From a virus (taxonomy: Duplodnaviria; Heunggongvirae; Uroviricota; Caudoviricetes): a stretch of 64,000 nt of DNA. The notes under the pieces were generated by a model. The model was not told the DNA's origin. It ran no database searches and saw only the letters and a list, made by a program, of their open reading frames with translations. A program made the position numbers and the translations under genes. The stretch is from the IMG/VR virus record IMGVR_UViG_3300027260_000002, one strand, 5' to 3'. Positions 27,280 to 37,017 of this stretch are shown one piece after another (within the stretch, counting starts at the first letter, position 1; every line of letters starts with the position of its first letter).

Positions 27280-28445
27280 CAAGTTTTAGAAATTTCCTTG
27301 CAGAAGAGCTTGACGAAACTAAGCTGAAGCATCTTGAGCATGCCGAAGATCACGTGATCAATGCTGGCCATGAAGGCTTTTCTCATGCCTATCACAATCT
27401 CAAAGATGTGCATGACAGGTTGACAGGCAAGAAGAACGACACAAGAATCACCATGAAGTATGATGGTTCTCCTTCTGTGGTATTCGGTCGTCATCCTGAA
27501 ACTGGTCGTTTCTTTGTAGCATCGAAGTCTGCCTTTAACAAGAATCCAAAGATCAACTATACGCTAGAAGATATCGAGCGTAACCATGGTCATGCCCCTG
27601 GCCTCGTATCGAAGCTACGAGCTGCTTTACAGCATCTTCCAAAGGTAACACCAAAGAAGGGTGTTTTCCAAGGCGATATCATGCACACTGCTGAGGACGT
27701 GCATGAATCTGATGGGCGTGTACACTTTACACCTAACACCATCACTTACTCTGCTCCGAAAAATTCAGCACATGGTAAGGCTGCTCTCAACTCGAAGATT
27801 GGCGTAGCTATTCATACCAAGTATAATGGTAAGAACCTCGAGGATATGCAAGCCGAGCACGGCGCTCAGCTAAATGACTTTGGATTGCACAAAGACGTGC
27901 ATCTGATTTCGACAGAACATCATCTCGATAACATCAAGTTCACGCCTCAGAATCGCGAGCGCTTTGCAAAGGCTATGACTGCAGCTGCAGCACATAACAA
28001 AAAGGCAAAGCCTGAAACTTATGAAGCTATCAAAGGCCATGAGATTCCTTTGAAAACTTACATTAATCATACTGTTCGTACTGGTACTAAGCCTAGCGTA
28101 GAAGGTTTCATGAACCACTACATGAAGGCACATCAGAAGAAGATCGAAGGTGTGAAGATGGCAGCATCGAAGGCATCTAAGACTGCTGCGATGGAATCAG
28201 ACATCGGTCACGTTCAACGTAATCGTGCTCACTTTGAAAACGTTCTGAACCAGCACAAGCATCTGCAAAAAGCAAAGGATATTCTTGCGCATACGCTGTC
28301 AAGCTCTGCGGAGTTTGATCACAGCATTAACGGCAAGAAGTCGAAGCCTGAAGGATTCGTAGTAGTCAGACATAATCGTCCTACTAAAATCGTAGATCGC
28401 GCTGAATTCTCGGCTGCCAATTTCAATAAGGTTAAAGCTCAATGA
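27276..28445 (+). CDS. His-rich nucleotidyltransferase, ligase/capping-enzyme superfamily-like
   Basis: MKYDGS (KxDG motif I candidate) and PEGFVVVRHNRPTKIVDRAEF (motif IV/V-like EGxVV...K). Intermediate motifs are not convincing. Confidence 0.3.
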   Translation: MTSFRNFLAEELDETKLKHLEHAEDHVINAGHEGFSHAYHNLKDVHDRLTGKKNDTRITMKYDGSPSVVFGRHPETGRFFVASKSAFNKNPKINYTLEDIERNHGHAPGLVSKLRAALQHLPKVTPKKGVFQGDIMHTAEDVHESDGRVHFTPNTITYSAPKNSAHGKAALNSKIGVAIHTKYNGKNLEDMQAEHGAQLNDFGLHKDVHLISTEHHLDNIKFTPQNRERFAKAMTAAAAHNKKAKPETYEAIKGHEIPLKTYINHTVRTGTKPSVEGFMNHYMKAHQKKIEGVKMAASKASKTAAMESDIGHVQRNRAHFENVLNQHKHLQKAKDILAHTLSSSAEFDHSINGKKSKPEGFVVVRHNRPTKIVDRAEFSAANFNKVKAQ

Positions 28446-29053
28446 AATCGATTCATATCACACAAGGACGATTCAATCCTGTTCATGCAGGCCACGAGAT
28501 GGTCGTCAAGCATGTGATGGCAGCTGCCAAGAAAGAAGGCGCAGATCATAAGATCTTGACGACTGGATCTCATGATGCCAAGAAGAATCCTCTGACACCT
28601 GAGCAGAAGGTCAAGCACCTTTCTCGTGCTGTCAAGGGTGCACATGTAGAGGCGATGACGAAGGAACATCCGACTCTGCTCCATCAGATGTCGAAGCTGC
28701 ACAAAGCTGGTTACACACACGTGACTATGCATGTCGGTTCTGATCGTGTTAAAGAGTTTCATGATTTACTTCATAAGTATAACGGTGCAGATATGAAGCA
28801 CGGTCACTACAACTTCAAGAGCATTAAAGTCAAGTCAGTAGGCGGTGAACGTAAAGAAGGCGGAGGTGGAATTGAATCTGCTTCTGGTACGGCTATGCGT
28901 AAGCACGTTACTGCAGGTGATAAGGAATCATTCCATAAGATGGCACCATCGGGAATGAGTAAAGCCCACAAAGATGAGTTATATCACGATGTCCGCAAAG
29001 GCATGGGTGTGAACGAATCATTCATTGTCAGATTTAAAAACTGGATTAGTTGA
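28442..29053 (+). CDS. NadM-like nicotinamide-nucleotide adenylyltransferase-family protein
   Basis: GRFNPVHAGH matches the archaeal/bacterial NMNAT G(R)FQPFHKGH HxGH signature. Confidence 0.5.
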   Translation: MKSIHITQGRFNPVHAGHEMVVKHVMAAAKKEGADHKILTTGSHDAKKNPLTPEQKVKHLSRAVKGAHVEAMTKEHPTLLHQMSKLHKAGYTHVTMHVGSDRVKEFHDLLHKYNGADMKHGHYNFKSIKVKSVGGERKEGGGGIESASGTAMRKHVTAGDKESFHKMAPSGMSKAHKDELYHDVRKGMGVNESFIVRFKNWIS

Positions 29054-29072
29054 CCTGTTAAAGTTTCCTTGT

Positions 29073-29080
29073 TATAAATA
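29073..29080 (+). promoter_or_regulatory. TATAAATA late-promoter-like motif
   Basis: Exact T4 late consensus, 62 nt upstream of the ATG of a Lys-rich candidate virion protein. Confidence 0.35.
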
Positions 29081-29141
29081 GATTTGCGGTTAGGCTACGG
29101 CAATCCCGTTTGTTTAACAGATAAGCCCAAGGGAAACTCTG

Positions 29142-31298
29142 ATGGAAGATAAGAAGAATAAACCGGTTGATACGAAGCAGTTAAAAAAGCCAACCGGCAC
29201 GTCTGTAACTGGCAAACCACTTGATGGCATCGAGATCCGTCCTCAGCTCAAAGGTCTCGGCAATCGCCAGCACAACGAGGATACCGTAGTCCTAACTGAC
29301 ACTCTCGCTGAGAAGAAAGCACTGACACTCGTTCAGCGCCAACGCAGAGCGCGTGCTCTTCGAGCTAAAGAGCCGAAGATGCAGAGAGCCAAAGAAGTTG
29401 CTCAACACAAACTCGCCTCGGACGAAAAGCTAAAGGCTCGAGCAATTGTCAAAGCAAGAAACATGGTCAAGATGAGGTTTGCAGCTCGGAAGGGAACTCC
29501 TTATACCGAGCTCACCACATCTGAAAAAATTCAAGTCGATAAGGTAGTCGATAAGAAGGTCAAGCTGATCAGAAGATTAGCTGCTCGCCTTCTACCTGCT
29601 CTTCGTAAAGCAGAAGTCAATCGTCTCGCTTCATTCCAATCGGGATCAAAAATCCAGCACGCGACTGCTGCCCCGGTCAACGAAGAATTCAATACAATCG
29701 TAGAGAGTCTTGACAATAAGACTTCTATGCAACTCGTTGACATTATCAACGATTCTATCGATGCTCTCAACGAGAATAATAACTCGATGGGTATCACGCT
29801 GAAGAGACTGCTAAGCGCTGTCCTTCCAGAAGACGTAGCAACTTCTACACTTATGAAAAAAGCCGAGAAGACCGGCATACCGTTCTCGACCCTCAGAGAG
29901 GTGTTCGAGCGCGGTTCTTTTGCGTGGGAAGACGACGGCAAAACTACGCAAGAACAGTTCTCATTCTCAAGAGTGAATAGCTACATTGCCAAAGGCAGAG
30001 CGTGGACACTCGATGCAGATCTTCGCGAAGAGAAGGAAGTCAACGACAAGCTCGATAAAATGTTCGAATCCGCTTATCATACTGGCTTGAGTGCTTCGAC
30101 TGCTAAGGCACGCGAATCTCACTGGAAAAAGATGGAAAAGTATTCTGATCGAGATCCACGTGCATATCAAGATGCGCCAGGTGACAAGGCAGCTCGTAAG
30201 AAAAATATGCCTCAATCTGTACATACGAAGAAGTATCATGCGATGTACGGCGAAGAGATCGAGCAGCTGGTCAATGAAGCCTCTGACGGTCTTGCTGCAA
30301 AGGCCAGCAAATCAGGTGTTTCCTTATCTACTCTGAAGAAAGTGTATGCTCGCGGTGTTGCTGCATGGAACAGCGGTCACCGTCCAGGAACTACACCACA
30401 ACAGTGGGGTATGGCTCGCGTAAACTCTTACATCACAAAGGGCAAAGGCACTTATCACGGCGCTGATAAGGATCTGCATGAAGATGATGTAAATGAAGGC
30501 CTATGGGCTAACATTCATGCTAAGCGTAAGAGAATTAAAGCTGGATCTGGCGAACGTATGCGTAAGCCTGGATCGAAGGGCGCTCCGACTGCCGCGGGTT
30601 TTAGATCAGCACAAGAAGCAGTCGAAGATCAAGTAGGCAATCAGATTGCTGATACAGGAAGACATGGTAAAGTAAGATATGTCGGTGTAAGAACTGCTGC
30701 TCATAAAGAAACTGGTACACAAGAGCGTCAAGAAGTTCAGTATATTAAGCGTCATAAGATGCATACGAAAAGAGAGACTGACGCCGATCCGCAACAGATT
30801 CGTATCGCTCAGGATCAGATCAAAAAGAAAGTGATCGACGAGTCGAACAACACGCCATACGTCAAGCCTTTCACAGAAAAAGGTAGTACAGAACAACGTG
30901 GTTGGAAAGCTTCGAACAAGCATGGCAAGGTAAAGTACTTTGGCATGGACTTCAAGGCTTCTGCACATAAGCATGCTGGAATCAATGAAGATACATCAGC
31001 AGATCGCGAAGTTGGTACGAAATCGCTCGTCAAGAAGTATCAAAAGGAAACTCCTGGACAGAAAAAAGCAGATCTGAACGAGTCGTTCAATATCGAGTTC
31101 GCCGCTGGAATTGGTGTAGGTCTGACTGCTAACGAATGTGGTATCTTCATCAAGCCAGGGTTCGAGATGCATCCTGATGTCGTAGAAGAAGATATCGAAA
31201 GAAGAGGCGACTTCAAGATGGTTAAAGTTCGCACTCCAAAAGGATATGTTTGGAAAAAAGTTCGCCGCGAAGTTGATATCGAGAGGGACGCAGAATGA
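29142..31298 (+). CDS. Lys-rich charged protein with duplicated RG-AW...RPG-T-QQW-ARVNSYI domain (paralog family member 1)
   Basis: Two copies of ~45-aa module (FSTLREVFERGSFAWEDDGKTTQEQFSFSRVNSYIAKGRAWT and LSTLKKVYARGVAAWNSGHRPGTTPQQWGMARVNSYITKGKGTY). Extreme K/E/R content. Confidence 0.5.
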   Translation: MEDKKNKPVDTKQLKKPTGTSVTGKPLDGIEIRPQLKGLGNRQHNEDTVVLTDTLAEKKALTLVQRQRRARALRAKEPKMQRAKEVAQHKLASDEKLKARAIVKARNMVKMRFAARKGTPYTELTTSEKIQVDKVVDKKVKLIRRLAARLLPALRKAEVNRLASFQSGSKIQHATAAPVNEEFNTIVESLDNKTSMQLVDIINDSIDALNENNNSMGITLKRLLSAVLPEDVATSTLMKKAEKTGIPFSTLREVFERGSFAWEDDGKTTQEQFSFSRVNSYIAKGRAWTLDADLREEKEVNDKLDKMFESAYHTGLSASTAKARESHWKKMEKYSDRDPRAYQDAPGDKAARKKNMPQSVHTKKYHAMYGEEIEQLVNEASDGLAAKASKSGVSLSTLKKVYARGVAAWNSGHRPGTTPQQWGMARVNSYITKGKGTYHGADKDLHEDDVNEGLWANIHAKRKRIKAGSGERMRKPGSKGAPTAAGFRSAQEAVEDQVGNQIADTGRHGKVRYVGVRTAAHKETGTQERQEVQYIKRHKMHTKRETDADPQQIRIAQDQIKKKVIDESNNTPYVKPFTEKGSTEQRGWKASNKHGKVKYFGMDFKASAHKHAGINEDTSADREVGTKSLVKKYQKETPGQKKADLNESFNIEFAAGIGVGLTANECGIFIKPGFEMHPDVVEEDIERRGDFKMVKVRTPKGYVWKKVRREVDIERDAE

Positions 31299-31588
31299 TC
31301 GGATTTAAGGAATTCATCACTGAGCGTGGCGAAGATTCGAAAGGTCACTTCATCGCCACCGAGAAGGGTGCAGGTATGACAGCGAAAGGTGTAAAAGCCT
31401 ATCGTGCCAAGAATCCTGGATCAAAGCTTCAGACAGCTGTCACTGGCAAAGTAAAGCCTGGATCTAAAGATGCAGGTAGACGTAAGTCTTTCTGCGCTCG
31501 TATGAGTGGAGTCAAAGGTCCGATGAAAGATGAAAAAGGTAGACCGACTCGTAAAGCAATGTCATTAAGAAGATGGAAGTGTAACTAA
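31295..31588 (+). CDS. small basic protein (DUF3008-like)
   Basis: GMTAKGVKAYRAKNPGSKLQTAVT...GRRKSFCARM pattern. Confidence 0.4.
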   Translation: MIGFKEFITERGEDSKGHFIATEKGAGMTAKGVKAYRAKNPGSKLQTAVTGKVKPGSKDAGRRKSFCARMSGVKGPMKDEKGRPTRKAMSLRRWKCN

Positions 31589-32025
31589 TGGAAGAGATTA
31601 CAAACCCTTTAAAGGTCGCGTTTGCAGACACCTATGCACTTTACGTGAAGGCTCAGAACTATCATTGGAATGTCGAAGGACCGATGTTCCCGATGTATCA
31701 TGAATTTTTTGGTAATATCTATGAAGAAGTTGGTGGTGCTATTGATCGTTTTGCCGAAGAGATTCGAGCCCAAAAATCTTATGCTCCGGCATCGTTCGGA
31801 AGATTCAATGAACTATCAACAATTGAAGATGAATCTCTTATTCAGTTACTTCCAATAACCATGGTAACTAATCTTTTCGAAGATAATAATCGAGTTCTTG
31901 CTTCTCTTCAACTTGCAAGAGATGCAGCAGACAAATACAATCAAAACGGTCTTGTTAACTTCCTTGAAGAGAGACTCGATCAGCACAACAAACACGCATG
32001 GATGCTCCGCGCATCGATGAAATAA
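31588..32025 (+). CDS. dps: Dps/ferritin-like DNA-protection protein
   Basis: YALYVKAQNYHWNVEGPMFPMYHEFF ... DRFAEEIRA ... matches the Dps ferroxidase-site pattern (HW...G..F...H). Confidence 0.65.
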   Translation: MEEITNPLKVAFADTYALYVKAQNYHWNVEGPMFPMYHEFFGNIYEEVGGAIDRFAEEIRAQKSYAPASFGRFNELSTIEDESLIQLLPITMVTNLFEDNNRVLASLQLARDAADKYNQNGLVNFLEERLDQHNKHAWMLRASMK

Positions 32026-32059
32026 TTTCATAAATAGATTTAAATTTACGGAGCAAAAA

Positions 32060-33985
32060 ATGTTAACGAATAAAATCACAGGATTCAGTGCTGATCTTCT
32101 TAATACTGTTCGTAGTATTCTCGGAGAAGCGAAGAAATGTCCAGCTGACTGCGAGTGCGAAAAGTGCGAAGCAGAAGAGATGGAAGAAGGCCATATGCCT
32201 ACTGCCGACGAACCGACTGATGCAAATAAAAAGACAGCGCAGAAGATTCGCGACATGATGGCCAAAGAAAAGAAGCCAGTCAAGGAAGAGACTAAAGAAG
32301 ATCTTCCTTTTGAAGGTCCTTATAGAAAAACTGGTGAACGCAAGGACGAATACGGCAACAAAGTAAAGAATGTTGCTAAGCATCTTGCGAAGAAGGCAAT
32401 GAAGGCTAACGAAGATTTAGAACATACTAACTGTGGAACTCCCGAATGCTGTGGTCAATGCGATACGCCTGGACAGATCGATGAGATTTCTGCAAAGACT
32501 GCAGTAAATGCTTATGCCAAGCGTAATGCCAAAGCATTCAACGACGGTCAATACGATGATGAAGCTGAAAAAGACTATAACAAGTTAGACAAACAAGGTG
32601 ATAGAATTCAAAGAAAGTTTGGTGACAAAACTGTTCGTAAAGCACAGAGTGCCGCTTATAAGAAGATCTTTGGAGAAGAAGTCGAAAATCTCGATGAAAC
32701 TGCAAAGATCGTTGCTCATCTTCAAAAGCGTTATGGTGATAACATTCGTAAGAGCCATGTTCGCTCGGCAGCTAGCGATTTCGGTGTTGATGCAGCGAAG
32801 TTAGCAAAAGCAGTACGTACTAAGTTGGGCAAGAATATGCTTGGTGAAGAAGAGCAGATCGATGAGATCTCGAAGGGAACACTTGGTCGTTACATCAACA
32901 AAGCCAAAGATTCTATTGATATGGCTTCTTATAGACAAGGCCACAAAGAAGCTCATGGCAGTTCTTCGAAGCCACTTGAAAAGAAGTTGACAAAGCGTCA
33001 TAAAGGTATTTCAACTGCAGTCAATAAATTGACCAAGGAAGCTTCTGGCGACCAACACATTGAAGTAACACACGCCGTTACTGGTCAAAAGAAAAAGGTT
33101 CCTGTTCATCCTGATAATGCTTTTAAAGCTCTAAACCATTATAAGAGTCTTTCGTCAACGAAGTCGGCTCGTATTGTTTCAGAAGAATCCGAGCAGATCG
33201 ATGAACTCTCAAAGGGAACAATGGGTCGTTACATCAACAAGGCTGCTACAAAAATGGGTAGTCAAGGTGTTACTGCTGGTCTGAAGATTGCTGCAGACGA
33301 AAAGTCAAGCAAGAACTTTAAGGATATGGGCAAGCGCGAAAAGGGTATCAAACTCGCCGTCAATAAGCTGACAAAGGAAGAGCAAGACTTCATCGACTCG
33401 CTGAACGATGCTGATATCGAACAGATCGATGAGATCTCAAAGGGTGCTGCATTGAAGTATCTTTCTGCCAATAAGAAAGACGATACTAAGGCTCGTGAAA
33501 CTGGCGATTATGACAGAATGACTAAGCGTATGCGTGGTACTGATATGGCTGTTCGTAAGTATACTGCTAAGCCAGGTTCTAAGTCTGTTCGTGTTCCTGC
33601 CACCGAAGAAGTAGAAATCACTGAAGCGCGCGGGCGTCCAAGAAAGGCTGGCGCCAAGGATTTCACGATCCATCCGAAGACAAAAGAAAAGCTCATGCAT
33701 AATAATCCTGAGCACATGAAAAAGATCGAAGCTCTTCAGAAGAACAAAGTTCTTGAGAAGCCAAAGATTGAAGCTGGTCAGCATATCATGAACCAGCTAC
33801 AGAAAGCTAAAACATCGATGCTAGGTGGTAGCACGATTCACTTTACACATGGTGACTCGAAGCACGTTTCTGGTACTCATGCTGCAAAGCTTCTGTCTAA
33901 ATATGCGGGCATGAAACCGAATGAGAAAGAAGACTTCCAAAAGAAGATCGGCCACTCACACGAACAACTAATGAAGCACGTATAA
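32060..33985 (+). CDS. Lys-rich repeat protein (paralog family member 2), three tandem ~65-aa repeats
   Basis: Repeats beginning EQIDEISKGTLGRYINKAK / EQIDELSKGTMGRYINKAA / EQIDEISKGAALKYLSANKK, each followed by a K-rich segment ending AVNKLTKE. Upstream ATAAATAG motif. Confidence 0.5.
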   Translation: MLTNKITGFSADLLNTVRSILGEAKKCPADCECEKCEAEEMEEGHMPTADEPTDANKKTAQKIRDMMAKEKKPVKEETKEDLPFEGPYRKTGERKDEYGNKVKNVAKHLAKKAMKANEDLEHTNCGTPECCGQCDTPGQIDEISAKTAVNAYAKRNAKAFNDGQYDDEAEKDYNKLDKQGDRIQRKFGDKTVRKAQSAAYKKIFGEEVENLDETAKIVAHLQKRYGDNIRKSHVRSAASDFGVDAAKLAKAVRTKLGKNMLGEEEQIDEISKGTLGRYINKAKDSIDMASYRQGHKEAHGSSSKPLEKKLTKRHKGISTAVNKLTKEASGDQHIEVTHAVTGQKKKVPVHPDNAFKALNHYKSLSSTKSARIVSEESEQIDELSKGTMGRYINKAATKMGSQGVTAGLKIAADEKSSKNFKDMGKREKGIKLAVNKLTKEEQDFIDSLNDADIEQIDEISKGAALKYLSANKKDDTKARETGDYDRMTKRMRGTDMAVRKYTAKPGSKSVRVPATEEVEITEARGRPRKAGAKDFTIHPKTKEKLMHNNPEHMKKIEALQKNKVLEKPKIEAGQHIMNQLQKAKTSMLGGSTIHFTHGDSKHVSGTHAAKLLSKYAGMKPNEKEDFQKKIGHSHEQLMKHV

Positions 33986-33993
33986 GGTGTAAT

Positions 33994-34296
33994 ATGACAA
34001 TTCATGTCGGAACTTTTATAGTAAAAAATACTACGCCTTCTATCGAAAGTGAAGAAGTTGCTGCGTTGCATGAAACTACAACTAATATCAAAGTTGGGAA
34101 TTTTGTAGTAAAAAATAAACCGATTGTAACCGAGACTTTACCAGAAGTTGAAGTTGTTATTGAAAATGAAGAAGCTGTGCCTCTACCTCAAGTTGTGCAA
34201 ATGGAAGAAGGTACTGTTATTCATAACGGCCAACCAAAAAAGTTTAATAAAAAAATGTCAGCATACATGATTGATATGCTTACATCCGAAGAATGA
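33994..34296 (+). CDS. hypothetical protein with internal duplication
   Basis: VGTFIVKNTTP / VGNFVVKNKP. Confidence 0.4.
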   Translation: MTIHVGTFIVKNTTPSIESEEVAALHETTTNIKVGNFVVKNKPIVTETLPEVEVVIENEEAVPLPQVVQMEEGTVIHNGQPKKFNKKMSAYMIDMLTSEE

Positions 34297-34330
34297 TAAA
34301 TAAAACAAAGAATCTTTAGGAGAAACGAAG

Positions 34331-35200
34331 ATGGCTCAATGGGGCAATACAGACGATGCTGCAAACTCGGTCCTATGGGCCACAACTGCAGTGAATAAAA
34401 CACCTAACACAGTAAACCAAACTGCACTGTTCGGTAACACTACTGTCGGCGCATTTACTGCTGGCGAAGCAGTCGGCCAATTCGGTCTTGATGTAAATGA
34501 AATTTCAATCGCCGTTGGTAATACGGCAGTTGCTCAGTATATCATTACGAATCCAGGTTCTGGATACAATGCAAATGCTGCTGTAACTGTTGCAAATACA
34601 ACAGGCGGTGCAAACACACTCGCCGCTAACTCAACAGTTTCGGCAGGTAAAGTAACTGCACTCACGGCAAACGGCACGATTATTCGTGGTTACACCGCTG
34701 CACCGGCAGTTACAATCGCTGCACCAGCTCTTATTATCTTCAATGGTAATACTGCTGTTACACCAAACAATGATATTGGCGCGTTCATTGCTATTGCAAC
34801 AGCAAATTCGTTCTTAGCAGTTGGTGACAAAGTTACCTATGCCGGTAATGCTACGTCAACACCAGCAACTCTAACTGATACTCGTCCGTATTATGTTAGC
34901 TTTGCTAATACGTCGGGCATCAAACTTTCAGACGAGCCTAACACAGCAAACATCAACTTTGCAAAGGCAAGCGGCAATGGCACGACTGCTGGCGGTGCAA
35001 CTCTTCGCGGTGAAACAGCTACAGCAACTGCTGTTCTAACAGGTCGTGGTTACATCGACGGTGCTGCTCATACTGGTTGGGTTCTTCGTACAGTTGGTAC
35101 TGGTGGTCGCGCTGGTCGCGTACAGTTTGAAACACTCGTTGCAATGGGTGGAAACTTCTCGACTGACGCATCTGACGACGCAATCTTGCCAGACGCATAA
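34331..35200 (+). CDS. Ala/Thr/Asn-rich fibrous structural-protein candidate
   Basis: Low-complexity A/T/N/G composition typical of phage fibre/decoration proteins. Confidence 0.45.
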   Translation: MAQWGNTDDAANSVLWATTAVNKTPNTVNQTALFGNTTVGAFTAGEAVGQFGLDVNEISIAVGNTAVAQYIITNPGSGYNANAAVTVANTTGGANTLAANSTVSAGKVTALTANGTIIRGYTAAPAVTIAAPALIIFNGNTAVTPNNDIGAFIAIATANSFLAVGDKVTYAGNATSTPATLTDTRPYYVSFANTSGIKLSDEPNTANINFAKASGNGTTAGGATLRGETATATAVLTGRGYIDGAAHTGWVLRTVGTGGRAGRVQFETLVAMGGNFSTDASDDAILPDA

Positions 35201-35209
35201 GGATAATAT

Positions 35210-35461
35210 ATGAGTGATCGTGCCAAGAAAATAACTGAACTGACTTCGATTGGCACGGCTAATACGTCGATCGCTAGCGGGGATATCTTTATTGTAGAGG
35301 ATATCTCCGCTAATACGACCAAGTCTGCTACATTATCTACGTTGCGTAAAGCTATTGTACAAGGTCCCTTTGCTAATAACACTGCCGCAAATACAGGCGG
35401 TGTTGCACTCGGTCAACTATACTATACTGCGGCAGGGGATGTGAAAGTAAGAAATGCCTAA
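35210..35461 (+). CDS. small structural-like protein
   Basis: Similar A/T/N-rich composition. Follows the previous gene closely. Confidence 0.4.
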   Translation: MSDRAKKITELTSIGTANTSIASGDIFIVEDISANTTKSATLSTLRKAIVQGPFANNTAANTGGVALGQLYYTAAGDVKVRNA

Positions 35462-35850
35462 TGATTGAAAAACTTGATGATTCGAATTTCTTGATATATG
35501 CTGCTAAGTGTTATGATAATCCACAATGTTTTGAGGATCTTGAATTTTACGAAGACTTAGCTCGATTCAAATATATTAAGAGATTACTTAATCGCTATGA
35601 AGAGTCCGGAGATTTAAAAGATAGATTAATCGTCAATCATCTCGTTGTTCTGTACAATGTGTTCGGTAACGAAGCTACCAGATTACTCTTCTTTAAGTTA
35701 GATGGCTATCATCATATGTTGAAGCCGTTCATTATTTTATTAGGAAGACTTCCTGAGAAGATACCGAATATAGGCATAGATAATAAAACACTTATTACTA
35801 ACGATATTGTTGCAGACGAAGTCATAGTACAAAAACTAAGGAAGATTTAA
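35461..35850 (+). CDS. hypothetical protein (AT-rich gene)
   Basis: ATGA coupling to the upstream ORF. Confidence 0.4.
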   Translation: MIEKLDDSNFLIYAAKCYDNPQCFEDLEFYEDLARFKYIKRLLNRYEESGDLKDRLIVNHLVVLYNVFGNEATRLLFFKLDGYHHMLKPFIILLGRLPEKIPNIGIDNKTLITNDIVADEVIVQKLRKI

Positions 35851-36503
35851 TGGCCAACAAAGAAAAGCAAGAGTATGACTACGAAGGCGATATGGCCATG
35901 TCACAACTCAAGTCTATCATTGCCAACGCTCAGCGTATGCATGACATGCTGAAGGTAGATACAAATCTTCCTGAATGGGTTCAGTCGAAGATCACATTAG
36001 CTGAAGACTACATCTCTACTGCTTCGAATTATATGCAAGGCGAGATGAGCGAAGCCGTAGACATGACTAAAAAGAATCAGGCGAAAGCGATGAAAGCTGG
36101 CGCCAATCTAAAAATGGATTCGGATACTGGAACACCAGATCACTTCACTGCTGCGGCGCGCCGCAAAAAAGGTTTACCAGAAGAAGTTCAGATCAATGAG
36201 CTTTCTAAAAATACGGTAATTTCGTATCTAAATAAAAACAAAAAAGATGTTTTTAATAAAATATTACAAGTAGGTAAAGCTCGTAAAAAAGAAGATTCTG
36301 TAGAAGTCAAAAAAATATCTAATAAAATTGTTAAAAGACACAACGGCGAGCATTTAGCAAAAGACAAACTTAGAAAACTTGCTAAAGAAGAAGTTGCGGC
36401 GAATTCTGTTGGTGCTGGCAATGTAGCGGGTCTACAAGGTGAACCGCCGGTAAATAAGAAAAAGAAAAACGTGATGTCTTTCAATAGATTTATGAAGAAA
36501 TAA
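35850..36503 (+). CDS. Lys-rich repeat protein (paralog family member 3)
   Basis: QINELSKNTVISYLNKNKK...KKISNKIVKRHNGEHLAKDKLRKLAKEE matches the repeat unit of 32060..33985. Confidence 0.45.
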   Translation: MANKEKQEYDYEGDMAMSQLKSIIANAQRMHDMLKVDTNLPEWVQSKITLAEDYISTASNYMQGEMSEAVDMTKKNQAKAMKAGANLKMDSDTGTPDHFTAAARRKKGLPEEVQINELSKNTVISYLNKNKKDVFNKILQVGKARKKEDSVEVKKISNKIVKRHNGEHLAKDKLRKLAKEEVAANSVGAGNVAGLQGEPPVNKKKKNVMSFNRFMKK

Positions 36504-36504
36504 T

Positions 36505-37017
36505 ATGTTAGGAATGATCCCACTGCCATATAAGTTGCTTGCAGGTGCTGCACTCATGGCAGGGATCTTCGTCTTTGGTTATATGAAAGGATCTGCTTAT
36601 GCTGAAGCTGAATTGGCTCGTTTCTCTGCACAAAAGAGTGAGCAAATCGCGGAATTGGAGAGGAAGAATTCTGCAATTTCTACTGAGGTAGTTACTGAAT
36701 ATGTTGATCGAGTTAACACAATTAGAGAGAAAGAATATGTATATCGCGACGTCGTTAAAGACTCTGTTCCTACTCAGCACGATATGTCTAATGGCTGGGT
36801 GTACACGCACGACCTTAGTGCCACATCCGGTGATGCCGACTCCGCCAGAGCTTCTGATGCGAGCCCCTCAGGAATTACAGACACTACAGCCCTCCTCGCC
36901 ATCATCGGCAACTACTCCAGATGCCAAGCCAACGCCGAGCAGCTAAGACAACTCCAGCAGTGGATAATTCAGAATAAAGAAGCTGTTGATGCCATGGCAA
37001 AAGAGAAGAAGAAATGA
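36505..37017 (+). CDS. i-spanin (Rz-like)
   Basis: N-terminal TM LLAGAALMAGIFVFGY, coiled-coil periplasmic domain, charged C-terminus. Contains an embedded +1-frame lipoprotein ORF. Confidence 0.55.
   Translation: MLGMIPLPYKLLAGAALMAGIFVFGYMKGSAYAEAELARFSAQKSEQIAELERKNSAISTEVVTEYVDRVNTIREKEYVYRDVVKDSVPTQHDMSNGWVYTHDLSATSGDADSARASDASPSGITDTTALLAIIGNYSRCQANAEQLRQLQQWIIQNKEAVDAMAKEKKK
36737..36946 (+). CDS. o-spanin (Rz1-like) embedded in the +1 frame of the Rz gene
   Basis: MYIATSLKTLFLLSTICLMAGC lipobox (LMAGC) followed by a Pro-rich mature peptide TRTTLVPHPVMPTPPELL... Confidence 0.5.
   Translation: MYIATSLKTLFLLSTICLMAGCTRTTLVPHPVMPTPPELLMRAPQELQTLQPSSPSSATTPDAKPTPSS

Noticed and set aside
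29073-32033. TATAAATA / ATAAATAG motifs as bona fide T4-type late promoters
   Set aside because: Only short 8-mers are involved, which occur by chance in AT-rich intergenic DNA. They were kept as a low-confidence note rather than a firm call without a recognisable gp55/gp33 system in the window.
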